A stretch of 64,000 nt of DNA, taken from positions 3,707-67,706 of the forward strand of contig LDXN01000008.1 in the NCBI GenBank assembly GCA_001443445.1, given 5' to 3'. Shown here one piece after another: positions 1 through 9,937 of the stretch. The DNA comes from Candidatus Dadabacteria bacterium CSP1-2. Lineage in GTDB: Bacteria > Desulfobacterota_D > UBA1144 > Nemesobacterales > CSP1-2. How positions within the stretch are numbered: position 1 is the first letter of the stretch; each line of letters opens with the position of its first letter. The position numbers and the translations under genes are program-made. The notes under the pieces are model-generated. The model was given only the letters and a program-made list of their open reading frames with translations. It did no database searches and had not been told where the DNA came from.

Positions 1-226
1 AGGAGGAGCATCGTATATACAAACAATAAAAGAAACACTTCCTTTTATTGAAATTATGACGACTGGCGGAGTAACAGTGGAGAATTTTAACGAGTTCCTA
101 CAAGCAGGAGCTACAGCCGTCGGTCTTTCAAGCAGTTTGATAGGAAGCAATAGATTTAATGATCCTAAGACCATCACTCAAAGAGCAAAGATGGTAATTC
201 AAAAGTTAAGAGAATTGGAGGAATAA
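1..226 (+). CDS. eda: KDPG/KHG aldolase, C-terminal part (truncated by window edge)
   Basis: Manual translation from base 2 gives GGASYIQTIKETLPFIEIMTTGGVTVENFNEFLQAGATAVGLSS, matching the Eda C-terminal GG..Y / TGGV / AGA..VG pattern; TAA at 224-226. Confidence 0.8.
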   Translation, partial: GGASYIQTIKETLPFIEIMTTGGVTVENFNEFLQAGATAVGLSSSLIGSNRFNDPKTITQRAKMVIQKLRELEE

Positions 227-229
227 CTA

Positions 230-1708
230 ATGAAGGTGCTTTTTGTTTCACCTGAGATGGAGCCGCTTGCTAAAGTGGGAGGGCTTGCTGATGTTGTTGG
301 TGCCCTTCCAAAGGAGCTTGAAAACCTTGGATGTGACGTGAGAGTAATTATCCCGCTTTATGACCAAGTAAAAGAAAACCTAAAAAACCTTAAACTAAAA
401 GCAAAGAATCTGAGGAAAGAAATCACAGTTTGCCTAGATTGGCTTCCATTTAAAGGTAACGTGATGGAGGCTAATTTAAACGGACTTACCGTTTATTTAC
501 TCAGGAATGATAATTTTTTTAACCGTGAGTACATATACAGTACGCCTCAGGGTGATTATCAAGATAACGACATGAGGTTTGGATTTCTCTCTCTGGGCGC
601 ACTTGAGATAGCAAAAGCACTTGATTTTAAGCCAGATATTATCCACTGCCACGACTGGCAAACGGCGCTCGTCCCAATTTCCCTCAAATGGAGAAGGCAT
701 GTAAAAGAGGACCCATTTTTTTTAGACTCTAAAATCGTTTTTACGATTCATAATATCTCCTATCAGGGATTATTTCCAAGGGAGACATTAGAAAAGTTTG
801 GACTTCCCTGGTACGTATTTACACCCCAGGGCATTGAGTTTTATGGAAAGATAAGCCTTCTAAAAGGCGGCGTAGTCTATGGAGACGCTGTTACCACCGT
901 AAGTCCTAACTATGCCGAAGAGATAAAAACGCCTGAGTATGGAAATGGCTTGGACGGTATTCTCAGATGGATTTCACAGGAATCAAATAAGCTAGTAGGA
1001 ATTTTAAATGGGATTGACTATGATGCATGGGATCCCAAGACAGATAAGGCTCTTTACGTAAACTACGGAATAGGTGACATTAATGGTAAATTAAAAAATA
1101 AATCCGAGTTACAAAATGAGCTAGGGCTTTACGCTGACGAAGGAAAACCGCTTCTAGGAATGGTATCGAGGCTTACAGAGCAAAAGGGCATTGACCTTGT
1201 CGTTGAAGCGCTTCCACAGATTTTTGACCTTGGATTTCAGGTGGTAATTCTCGGAACAGGCGAGGAGAAATATGTGCGTATGCTCGAGAATGCTAAGTCA
1301 AGATATAAAGGAAATCTATCAGTGGTTATTGGTTTTCATGACGAAATCGCAAGAAGAATCTACGCTGGGTGTGATATGTTTCTTATGCCTTCACGGTTTG
1401 AGCCATGCGGTCTCGGACAGATGATCGCGATGAGGTATGGAAGCATTCCCGTTGTTAGAGGAACAGGCGGTCTATTGGATTCGGTTAGGGACTATTCGGT
1501 TGATAGAAAACATGGAAACGGATTTGTATTTCACCTCTTTTCGAAGGTGAGTTTCCTCGATGCTCTTACAAGAGCACTTTTGGTATACGAAAACCGTGAG
1601 GGGTGGATAGGGCTTATTATACGAGCGATGAAAGAGGATTTTTCCTGGAAAAGGTCAAGTGAAAAATATCTAGAGCTATACAAAAAGCTCGTGAATCGTG
1701 AATCGTGA
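230..1708 (+). CDS. glgA: Glycogen synthase (GT5)
   Basis: KVGGLADV, HCHDWQT, FTIHNISYQG and PSRFEPCGL motifs. Confidence 0.97.
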   Translation: MKVLFVSPEMEPLAKVGGLADVVGALPKELENLGCDVRVIIPLYDQVKENLKNLKLKAKNLRKEITVCLDWLPFKGNVMEANLNGLTVYLLRNDNFFNREYIYSTPQGDYQDNDMRFGFLSLGALEIAKALDFKPDIIHCHDWQTALVPISLKWRRHVKEDPFFLDSKIVFTIHNISYQGLFPRETLEKFGLPWYVFTPQGIEFYGKISLLKGGVVYGDAVTTVSPNYAEEIKTPEYGNGLDGILRWISQESNKLVGILNGIDYDAWDPKTDKALYVNYGIGDINGKLKNKSELQNELGLYADEGKPLLGMVSRLTEQKGIDLVVEALPQIFDLGFQVVILGTGEEKYVRMLENAKSRYKGNLSVVIGFHDEIARRIYAGCDMFLMPSRFEPCGLGQMIAMRYGSIPVVRGTGGLLDSVRDYSVDRKHGNGFVFHLFSKVSFLDALTRALLVYENREGWIGLIIRAMKEDFSWKRSSEKYLELYKKLVNRES

Positions 1709-1737
1709 ATCGTGGTTCGTGTATCGTGTATCGCGGT
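1689..1737 (+). repeat. Degenerate 7-bp tandem repeat (TCGTGAA-like, 7 units) overlapping the glgA stop
   Basis: TCGTGAA x3, TCGTGGT, TCGTGTA x2, TCGCGGT read directly. Confidence 0.9.
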
Positions 1738-1813
1738 CGGCTGCTCTTTTTGATAACTTAGTACTGTCAGTTAAATACCACAGGAAGGCATGGGCGTCAG
1801 CAACGAAATACAT
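1738..1813 (-). pseudogene. Truncated PIN-domain (VapC-like) toxin, N-terminus only
   Basis: Manual translation MYFVADAHAFLWYLTDSTKLSKRAA resembles the start of PIN toxins (xxxDTHxxLW); similarity ends at the heptamer repeat. Confidence 0.65.
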
Positions 1814-1822
1814 AAGGAGAAG

Positions 1823-2034
1823 TTAGATTTTTACTCCTTTAAACAAGGATTTCTTCGCTTGTTCAATGTCTTTTTCCGTAATCGTAATTCCCTTTAAAAT
1901 CCCCTTTAAGGAAATAGTGCGTTTAGGCAGACCGAAACTCCCTCCGTCTTTAACTTGAGAAGGTCTTTTTCGATTTTATCTAATTTCTTTGTATATTCTT
2001 TCATGAAAGAAACGGTCTTGGGGTTCATATACAT
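1823..2034 (-). pseudogene. Frameshifted putative antitoxin
   Basis: Two frames join to MNPKTVSFMKEYTKKLDKIEKDLLKLK / PKRTISLKGILKGITITEKDIEQAKKSLF; lies directly upstream of the PIN fragment; span is not a multiple of 3. Confidence 0.5.
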
Positions 2035-2037
2035 TAC

Positions 2038-3288
2038 CTAATCACTGCCCTTTAGATTTTTCACAAAAGCCGCAAGATCCGTAGTATGATTTCTTAATTC
2101 ATCCTCATACCTTTTCATGTCTATATCCCGAATTTTTATAAGCTCTCTTACCGCTTTCATTTCCTTTCCTTTTGGTTTTATTAGGAATACTCCTACAACC
2201 CTCCCATCCCTAATGGCAAAGGAACCAAGCGAAGGTTCTCCTCCTTTACCTCTTATCCAATGTTCCTTTCCAAATTCTAGAGCGCCGATGAAAATAAGCG
2301 GCATGTCAAAAATCCCTGAGTCGTAACCGGTCACCTCAGCATAAGAAACCTTTGCACCAGCCATATTCCTTCCCGCTGTTTTTCCCTGAAGCTGGGCGTT
2401 TTCTATGTGTCCCACAACATGCTTCATTCCAAGAATCAAATCATCAAACTCAGCAACGTCTCCAGCAGCATGGATTCCTTTATCACTTGTCTCAAGAAAC
2501 TCATTGACCTGAATCCCGCGTCCTATCTTAACTTCCGTACCATTCAGCAATTCAACGTTCAAAGTTAATCCAACTCCAACCCCAACAAGGTCCGCTTCAA
2601 AAGTTTTTCCACTTTCCGCTTTGACCGCTTTTACCCATCCATTACTTCCCTCAAATTCAACTACCTTTTCTTCGGGATAAATCTCAACTCCACCCGCTAT
2701 AAGTTTATCCATAAGATAATTCCCTATGCCTTCAGGAAGCAGAGCCTGCCAGACGTATTTCTCAAGCATAATGAGCTTAACAGGAAGCCCTATTTGACGA
2801 AGTGCGACAGCAAGCTCAACTCCAATAAAGCTTCCTCCAATTACAAGAGCCTGCTTTGCTTTTTCTGCGGCTTTTTTGATTTCGTTTGAGTCACCAAGGG
2901 TTCTAAGATAATAAATACCACTTAAACCTCCACCAGAAACCTTAAGCCTACTCGGTCTTCCACCCGTTGAGATAAGAAGTTTTTCATAAGTAATCTCTGT
3001 CTCATCATCTAATACAACCTTTCCCTCTTTAGGTAAAGCAACTATTCCACGTTTGCCTTTAAGGAACATCGTCCCGTTTATTTCGAAGAAATTTTCATTT
3101 ACAAGATAAAGGTCTTCTTCTTTGAACTGGTCCTGAATGTATCCCTTTGTAAGAAGGGGGAGTGAATATGCTCGATAAGGTTGATCTCCTACGATTATGA
3201 TTCCCCCATGCTGATCCTCTTGCCTTATTCCCTTTATCGCCCATGCTCCTGTAGGCCCAGCACCCAAAATTAAGTACTTGGTTTTCAT
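2038..3288 (-). CDS. FAD/NAD(P)-dependent oxidoreductase (ferredoxin reductase-like)
   Basis: GAGPTG, LLISTGG, GGSFIGVE and AAGDVA motifs; start moved to MKTKYLILGAG. Confidence 0.88.
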   Translation of the reverse strand: MKTKYLILGAGPTGAWAIKGIRQEDQHGGIIIVGDQPYRAYSLPLLTKGYIQDQFKEEDLYLVNENFFEINGTMFLKGKRGIVALPKEGKVVLDDETEITYEKLLISTGGRPSRLKVSGGGLSGIYYLRTLGDSNEIKKAAEKAKQALVIGGSFIGVELAVALRQIGLPVKLIMLEKYVWQALLPEGIGNYLMDKLIAGGVEIYPEEKVVEFEGSNGWVKAVKAESGKTFEADLVGVGVGLTLNVELLNGTEVKIGRGIQVNEFLETSDKGIHAAGDVAEFDDLILGMKHVVGHIENAQLQGKTAGRNMAGAKVSYAEVTGYDSGIFDMPLIFIGALEFGKEHWIRGKGGEPSLGSFAIRDGRVVGVFLIKPKGKEMKAVRELIKIRDIDMKRYEDELRNHTTDLAAFVKNLKGSD

Positions 3289-3569
3289 AATTTGATTATA
3301 AACTCTATCTTGAGCTAAACGAAAAAGATAGTTATAATTTCTCCTAAATGTATCCAAAAAAGGGTGGAGATTTAATAAAGGTTATTCATCGTGTAAACCA
3401 GAAGATAGTGGTTACAGAATGTGAATCGGTTAGGGGAAGCAACGTTGCTGGATATATTGATCTTCTTCGTGTAAAAAAAAGTGGCATCGAGGGCCTGTTC
3501 AAAAAAGACGAAAACTCAAGAAAGATAGAATCCCTGTGCCTCCCGACATTGAGTGTGATCGCTATCTGT

Positions 3570-3750
3570 TATCTTGAGAAGAAGGATAGAAAGAACGTTG
3601 TTACACTTAGAGGTGCTGAGGTTGAATAAAAACATACTTACTATCCTTACGTGCATTGGTTCGACTATATAAAAATCGAGAACTAGTTTTTAACCCGTAA
3701 TAAGAAAGGTGAAAGAAACCTTATTACATAACATGCTGTTTCATTTAACA
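3570..3750 (+). pseudogene. Possible degenerate Hfq/Sm-like gene
   Basis: Pieces VTLRGAEVE, WFDYIKI and NLIT*HAVSF resemble Hfq (xFDx..., LIYKHAIST); in-frame stops; directly upstream of hflX. Confidence 0.35.
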
Positions 3751-3767
3751 ACAACGGAGATATAAAT

Positions 3768-5453
3768 ATAGAGAAAATATACGGAAGAATTTCTGGCCTT
3801 AAGCCAAGCGAGCTTCATAACCTCTCAAGACTGTATAAAAGAAGAGTTCCAAGCAGAGAAATAATAACCCTAGAGCTTGGAAGAACGCTATCTCAAATAT
3901 CCTACGATATTAAAAAAGAAATAACCCTTATAATCAATAGAAAAGGAAGAACAGAAATAGTATTCGTAGGGGACTCTTATGAATTACCCTTTAATGATCT
4001 TCTTGAGCGATCGAGAGAATCAAAATACAGGCTCAGGGGTTATAGACTTATTCATACCCACATCAAAAATCCCGATCTTTCTCACCCTGACCTCGTAACA
4101 CTTCTAAATGAGAGGCTTGATTTAATAGGCGTGCTTGAGCTAAAAGACGGCGGTATACCAGGCAGGTTTCAAATAGCCCATATCCTTCCATCAAATCCTC
4201 AGGGTGAGATGTGGAGAATAATTAACTACAATGATTTAGGTAGAGTAGATATAAATTTTGAAGAATTTATAAGAGACATAGAACACGAATTTGAAAGGTC
4301 TTACTTTGATTCTGGAGGTAGAGAGGAAAAAGAGGGTGTTTTTCTGGTTGGATTTTCAACAAAATCTAGGATCGAAGCTGAAGAATCGGTAGAGGAATTA
4401 AAAGAACTCGCACGTTCAGCAGGGAAAGTCGTTCTCGATAAAACCATTCAGATTAGAAAGCAGATTGATCCTAAATATCTCATAGGAAAAGGAAAGCTAG
4501 AGGAGATAATTCTTAAGGCCAAGCAAGTTGGAGCCGATACACTTATCTTTGATGTAGAACTCACACCAACTCAGGTTAGAGCAATTTCTGAGGAAACCAA
4601 CCTTTCTGTAATGGATAGGACTCAATTAATACTCGATATATTTGCAGAGCGTGCTAAAACAAGTGAGGGAAAGATTCAGGTTCAACTTGCACAGCTCCGC
4701 TATATGCTTCCAAGACTTACAGGACGAGGTGTTGAACTATCTAAGCTAGGGGGTGGCATTGGAACAAGGGGCCCCGGAGAGCAAAAGCTTGAAGAGCAAA
4801 GAAGAAGATTAAGGGAAAGAATAGGACATCTTGAAAAGCAAATCGAAGAGCTTAGTAGAAGGCGCGAGCACACAAGAAAACAGAGGAGAGAAACAGGAAT
4901 TCCAACAGTCACACTTATTGGTTACACCAACGTCGGAAAGTCAACCCTCTTTAATGCTTTAACAAGAAGCGGTGTAACCGTTGAGAATAAACTCTTTTCC
5001 ACACTAAATCCAACTACTAGAAAGCTTATGCTTCCAAGTGGAAGAGAGATACTACTAACGGACACTGTAGGATTTATAAGAAACTTGCCAAAAGAGCTTG
5101 TAAAGGCCTTCCGTGCAACACTTGAAGAATTAGGTGGATCATCTCTACTTATTCATGTTGCAGATGCATCCGACCCACTTGTGGAAGAAAAGATCTATTC
5201 AGTAGAGAAAATACTTGATGAATCAGGTTATAGTTCTATACCTAGGTTTATAGTTTTTAATAAGATGGATTCCAGCTCTAAAGAAGTTATTGATATGTTT
5301 CTGAAAGTATTTAACGCCCCTCTTATTTCCGCACTTAATAAAGATAACTTAACCGTTTTCTTACAAAGACTCGATGTTGAAATAGAAAAGCTTACTTTTT
5401 ATAAACAAAAAGAAGAAAGCTCTTCCAATTACCTGAGAGAAATCAAGGTGTGA
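3768..5453 (+). CDS. hflX: GTPase HflX, long form, probable ATA start
   Basis: GYTNVGKS, DTVGFI and GIGTRGPGE motifs; the frame stays open 121 codons upstream of the track start (IEKIYGRISGLKPSEL...RLIHTH); GGAG at 3756-3759. Confidence 0.9.
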   Translation: MEKIYGRISGLKPSELHNLSRLYKRRVPSREIITLELGRTLSQISYDIKKEITLIINRKGRTEIVFVGDSYELPFNDLLERSRESKYRLRGYRLIHTHIKNPDLSHPDLVTLLNERLDLIGVLELKDGGIPGRFQIAHILPSNPQGEMWRIINYNDLGRVDINFEEFIRDIEHEFERSYFDSGGREEKEGVFLVGFSTKSRIEAEESVEELKELARSAGKVVLDKTIQIRKQIDPKYLIGKGKLEEIILKAKQVGADTLIFDVELTPTQVRAISEETNLSVMDRTQLILDIFAERAKTSEGKIQVQLAQLRYMLPRLTGRGVELSKLGGGIGTRGPGEQKLEEQRRRLRERIGHLEKQIEELSRRREHTRKQRRETGIPTVTLIGYTNVGKSTLFNALTRSGVTVENKLFSTLNPTTRKLMLPSGREILLTDTVGFIRNLPKELVKAFRATLEELGGSSLLIHVADASDPLVEEKIYSVEKILDESGYSSIPRFIVFNKMDSSSKEVIDMFLKVFNAPLISALNKDNLTVFLQRLDVEIEKLTFYKQKEESSSNYLREIKV

Positions 5454-5516
5454 GTATGGATTTTTTGATATTACTTAGGATTTTTGTTTAAGCAATTGAA
5501 AATTGTTAAGATAAAG

Positions 5517-6440
5517 TTAAATATCAACTTCTGCTACCCCACTTCTTAGGACCTTAACATCATCGTCACGCCGTGTAACCTCAAAGCCTAGTACTGTTTT
5601 CTCATCCTGTTTTCCCATTTCCCATCCATCAACAACAAGTATGTCTCCAGGGTAGACGGGGCTTGCGAACCTGCTGCCAAGTCTTCTTAACTTCGAAGGA
5701 TCACCGTCGAGATAACACTCTATAATTGCCCTCATTGTTAAGGACAACATGCAAAGACCATGCACAATTATTCCCTTAAGTCCTGAAGCCTTTGCAACAT
5801 TTTCATTTGTATGGATAGGATTTCTATCCCCTGAAGCCTGTGCATATTTATATGTTATATCCCTAGGAACCCTGATAATCTTTCTAAATAATAGCGAGCT
5901 TGAATTATCTACCTGAATCTGCTCCTTTTTACCTACAACATTTTGTTTCTGTCCACTTCCAATTCCTCGTATAAAAATCCCCCATTCTGATTCAACCACC
6001 CTCTCACCTTTCTGGTTGTTAGAAACAACATTTATAATAAGGAGCTCACCGCTTCCCTTATCCTCTATGTTTTTAACCTTAGCCCGACACGTAATTGTGT
6101 CTCCAGGTCTAATAGGTTTATAGAAGTGCATATCTTGTTCCCCATGAACAAGCATGAGGAGATTCCTGCCTAACTGCTCCGGACCACCATGTAGAGCTAC
6201 CTCCGTCCATAGTTTCTCTGCCAAGAATAATTCATGAACTACCGCAAAACTTGGAGGAGCCATACCAGAACCAGATATTCCGGACAAGGCACCGTTATAA
6301 TTGTAGTAGGTCATATTACGTGAGCCTATTGCCAAGGCATATTTATAGATTGCTTCCGGTGTAACCTCATACACAACAGAAGGTGATTCGTAACCTATAT
6401 AATCTCTATTAAGTCCCATAGCGTTTCTCCTCTCCTCCAT
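5517..6440 (-). CDS. Double hot-dog MaoC-type (R)-enoyl-CoA hydratase
   Basis: LVHGEQ and YAQASGDRNPIH...IVHGLC motifs. Confidence 0.85.
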   Translation of the reverse strand: MEERRNAMGLNRDYIGYESPSVVYEVTPEAIYKYALAIGSRNMTYYNYNGALSGISGSGMAPPSFAVVHELFLAEKLWTEVALHGGPEQLGRNLLMLVHGEQDMHFYKPIRPGDTITCRAKVKNIEDKGSGELLIINVVSNNQKGERVVESEWGIFIRGIGSGQKQNVVGKKEQIQVDNSSSLLFRKIIRVPRDITYKYAQASGDRNPIHTNENVAKASGLKGIIVHGLCMLSLTMRAIIECYLDGDPSKLRRLGSRFASPVYPGDILVVDGWEMGKQDEKTVLGFEVTRRDDDVKVLRSGVAEVDI

Positions 6441-7010
6441 TAAAAGATTTTTTAATAAACTTTCACCTAAATCTCCTGCACAACGATTTTATCAAAATTT
6501 AGATCGACTTGACTTCGCAATCGCTTACAAAGAGATGTGGATCGTGTTAGCAACCGCTTGATTAAAAAATTAAGAGAGTGGCAATGCCCTTCTGAATTCA
6601 TCTTAAAAATCTCAAACTTCATAAGGAATCATCAATAATTGACTTGTTCATACTGGTTACGAATCTCATTTTTATCTTAATACAACTTTAACATAAATTT
6701 AATAATATCTTAATATAAATTGAAATGGTTGTCAAGGATTTTTTATTCGCATTTGCAAAATTTCATCATTCCTATAAGTCTCTTTGGAACACTCAATTAA
6801 GTTGTAAAAGCGAGCTCGTCAAAGCGATTTATAGTCACATTTGACGGCAGAAATGAAAAAAAGGATTCAAAAACCTCGAGCTATATTTACTAACCAAGAT
6901 GATCAGGGGCTGCCTATACTCTATAAATTGGATTTTTAGCATGTTTTAAGTATGTCAAAACATACTTTTACCATTTACATAATACAACCAACATGATATA
7001 TATTTATATT

Positions 7011-7373
7011 ATGAATCCTGAAAAACTAGAGTTCTTTAAAGGGATTCTACTTGAAAAAATGAATCTTCTTATCGATACCGCAGGAAAAACGATGAGCGAG
7101 ATGAGCCAGGAAGATGACTCCTTCCCTGACCCCCTAGATCGTGCAATGTCAGAGTCGAGTAGAACAATTGAGCTGAGGAAAAGAGACCGGGAAAGAAAGC
7201 TAATTCAAAAGATTCAAAAAGCAATTCAAAAAATGGAAGACGGCACCTATGGTATATGCGAAGAGTGTGGAGACGAGATCTCTGAAGAAAGGCTTAAAGT
7301 AAGACCAGAGGCGTCACTTTGTATTAAATGTAAAGAAGAGCAAGAAAAGATTGAGAAACAACTTGGGTTGTAG
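7011..7373 (+). CDS. dksA: RNA polymerase-binding factor DksA
   Basis: DPLDRA (DxxDxA) and C4 finger YGICEECG...LCIKCK. Confidence 0.93.
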   Translation: MNPEKLEFFKGILLEKMNLLIDTAGKTMSEMSQEDDSFPDPLDRAMSESSRTIELRKRDRERKLIQKIQKAIQKMEDGTYGICEECGDEISEERLKVRPEASLCIKCKEEQEKIEKQLGL

Positions 7374-7385
7374 ATTATTCAATAG

Positions 7386-7850
7386 TTAATTCATACCTCC
7401 AAACACAAAACCTCTAAGAAAATCAGCATCTGATTCTTTAACTATCTTCCATTCACCGTTTATCTTTTCAAACATTATGTTCTCGCTTAGCTGAAAACGG
7501 CTATTATCTTCTTCCAATCTTACATCAACCTTAGTTTTCTGACTCACATTAACCCTTTTATCGGTATTGTAGATATTTCTATCATAATGGGAGACCTTAA
7601 TTTGGTCAAAAAGAGTAACGTTTGAAAGGAAATTCTTTTTTATTTCCTCAATACCTATAACTTTGCCATCCTTTTCTTGTCTATAGTTTGGCGATATACA
7701 AGACATATAAAGGTTGACGTTTTTTGTCTCAAAGGCCTTTTGTCTTTTTGAGAGTAAATCCTCAATTTTATTCCTATCTGAATCAACACAATGGTTGATG
7801 AGAAATGGAATAAAAACTAAAAGGAGAAGGATTAATCGTTTTTCTCTCAT
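7386..7850 (-). CDS. Exported NTF2/SnoaL-like lipoprotein
   Basis: Signal peptide with Cys; C-terminal FEKINGEWKIV is typical of the NTF2 fold; overlaps the bamD stop. Confidence 0.6.
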   Translation of the reverse strand: MREKRLILLLLVFIPFLINHCVDSDRNKIEDLLSKRQKAFETKNVNLYMSCISPNYRQEKDGKVIGIEEIKKNFLSNVTLFDQIKVSHYDRNIYNTDKRVNVSQKTKVDVRLEEDNSRFQLSENIMFEKINGEWKIVKESDADFLRGFVFGGMN

Positions 7851-8650
7851 CCTTCTTTAGCTTTTTCCTTTTCCTTCTTCTCGATCTTTGCAAGGAGGCT
7901 AGCTGCCTTATCGTGGTATTTTGCTGTTGGGAATTCCTCTATTAGACGAGTAAGGACCTCTTTTGCAAATTGTCTCTCACCCATATCATAGTATGACTTT
8001 CCAAGTACATAAAGCGCTTCCTCATATTTGCTTGTATCCTGGTACCGTTCTACAACCAGCTTATACCGTTCGGCAGCAGCTTTATAGTTCTTTCTTTTTG
8101 CATAAAAGTTTCCTAAATATATCTCACGTTTAGCAAGACTATTACGGCATTCGATTACCATCTTTTTAGCGTCACCAACAAGGGGAGAATCTGGATACTT
8201 ATCGACAAAGATATTAAACCACTTTAGAGCCTCTCTTGTGTCTGTAGGGTCTCTATCGTAGCTTTTCATCCGTTTAAAATGCGAAAGCGCTAAACGAAAG
8301 GTGGCATAAGGGGTTTCTTCATGGCCTGGATGACGCTTTATAAATTCCTCATATTCAACCGCTGCTTGTTCATACTCCCCTTTTTTGAAATAAGTATCGC
8401 CAGTTCGTAGCTCTGCAAGGGTAGCATAAGGACTATAAGTATATCTAATTTGGATTTCCTTAAATAGCTTAAGAACAAGGTCGTAATCCGTGCCTGTAAA
8501 GATCCACGGGAATCCTCGCTTTTGTTCAAGTTCATTCATAGCCCTATTATATAGAACTTCAGGCCCCGCGCTGCCATCGATCCGCTTGGAGCTACAAGCA
8601 AATAGTATAAAAATAGCAGGAATCAGTATTAAAGGGCTTATTTTCCTCAT
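7847..8650 (-). CDS. bamD: Outer membrane assembly lipoprotein BamD
   Basis: Lipobox LFAC, TPR repeats, YPDSP and LAKREIYLGNFY. Confidence 0.9.
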   Translation of the reverse strand: MRKISPLILIPAIFILFACSSKRIDGSAGPEVLYNRAMNELEQKRGFPWIFTGTDYDLVLKLFKEIQIRYTYSPYATLAELRTGDTYFKKGEYEQAAVEYEEFIKRHPGHEETPYATFRLALSHFKRMKSYDRDPTDTREALKWFNIFVDKYPDSPLVGDAKKMVIECRNSLAKREIYLGNFYAKRKNYKAAAERYKLVVERYQDTSKYEEALYVLGKSYYDMGERQFAKEVLTRLIEEFPTAKYHDKAASLLAKIEKKEKEKAKEG

Positions 8651-8727
8651 TAACTTTAACAAAATAGTATTCAGATAGGTGCGCCCTGTCAAGCATGAAC
8701 TTTTATAGATCTATCCTCATGATAGTT

Positions 8728-9249
8728 TTAAGTTTTAATGTCTTTATAAGTAATTTTTCGCCTTACTAAATCGGATGATAAAGAACTAACTCTATGAATA
8801 AAGAGAACTCCATTTAGATGATCAACCTCGTGCTGAATAGCAATCGCTTCAAGACCCTGAGAGAGTACTTCGACTTCGTTACCTTCTGGGTTGAGTCCTC
8901 TTACAATAACATTTCTTGCCCTTTTTACATTCCCAAGGAAATCGGGAATGCTTAAGCAACCTTCTTTGGTTATCTTCTCTCCCTCGGCATATATGAGAAC
9001 AGGATTTATCATGGCCAGAAGCCCATGATTTTTTTTAGGCCCGATTTTTCTAGATACATCAATAACAAAGATCCTTAGTGGATATCCAACTTGAGGCGCT
9101 GCTACACCAACACAGCTAGGCGATGCATACATCGTTTCGATCATGTCATTTACTATTCGCCTAATCCCATCGTCAACTTTCAATACTGATTCAGACATAG
9201 TTCTAAGTATTTGATGTGGATATTTAAGTACTGGAAGACTTGCCATCAA
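8728..9249 (-). CDS. def: Peptide deformylase
   Basis: GVAAPQVG, EGCLS and QHEVDH motifs. Confidence 0.95.
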   Translation of the reverse strand: MMASLPVLKYPHQILRTMSESVLKVDDGIRRIVNDMIETMYASPSCVGVAAPQVGYPLRIFVIDVSRKIGPKKNHGLLAMINPVLIYAEGEKITKEGCLSIPDFLGNVKRARNVIVRGLNPEGNEVEVLSQGLEAIAIQHEVDHLNGVLFIHRVSSLSSDLVRRKITYKDIKT

Positions 9250-9289
9250 TCGAAATTATCCATTACATTGGGTTGAAAGGGATCGGCTT

Positions 9290-9838
9290 TTAAAGCTCAA
9301 GAACGTCTAATTCTTTAATACTTATATCGATTGACATTTCCTTCTCAATTATTGAGAATTCCTTTTCAAGAAGAGTGACATCTACATATTCAGGTATGTC
9401 TACCTCAAGGATCATTGTATAAACAGGCGCGCTCTCGCCAGGTATGACCTTTGTATTTAGGTCGGTAATATTTATCCCCTTTGAAGCAAGTAGTTCAGAG
9501 ACCTTATAAACAATCCCTGGTTTATCAGTTCCTATAACAGAGATTATATAGGGGATCCCAGAATAGAGCTTCTTTGATTGGATTTCGTTTTCATTAAGCT
9601 CTTTTATAGAGATAAAAAGCCCAAGTTTATTCGTAACTTCTTTAAAATGACTCTCAAAATCTGAAGCAACAACCTCTTCCTTGGTTGAAACAATAAGAAT
9701 CATGGCGAATTCACCACTTAGAATTGTCATACTCGAATCCTCAATATTTGCTCCTAGGTCGTAAAGGGCTTTTGATACACCTGCAACAATACCAGGGCGG
9801 TCTTTACCTATAGCTGTTATAACAAAAAATCGTCTCAT
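9290..9838 (-). CDS. Tandem ACT-domain protein (GcvR-like)
   Basis: Two repeats, GKDRPGIV and GTDKPGIV. Confidence 0.85.
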   Translation of the reverse strand: MRRFFVITAIGKDRPGIVAGVSKALYDLGANIEDSSMTILSGEFAMILIVSTKEEVVASDFESHFKEVTNKLGLFISIKELNENEIQSKKLYSGIPYIISVIGTDKPGIVYKVSELLASKGINITDLNTKVIPGESAPVYTMILEVDIPEYVDVTLLEKEFSIIEKEMSIDISIKELDVLEL

Positions 9839-9937
9839 ATTTTGTTCACCTTAAGTTGAGTCATAAATCTACTCTCTTTAACAAGCTTAATATTTTCAAA
9901 AAAGAAGCCTAGAAATTTATTATGAGTATCACCCCGA

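Noticed and set aside
6441..7010. Long intergenic region as ncRNA or pseudogene
   Set aside because: AT-rich divergent promoter region; no convincing structure or ORF seen
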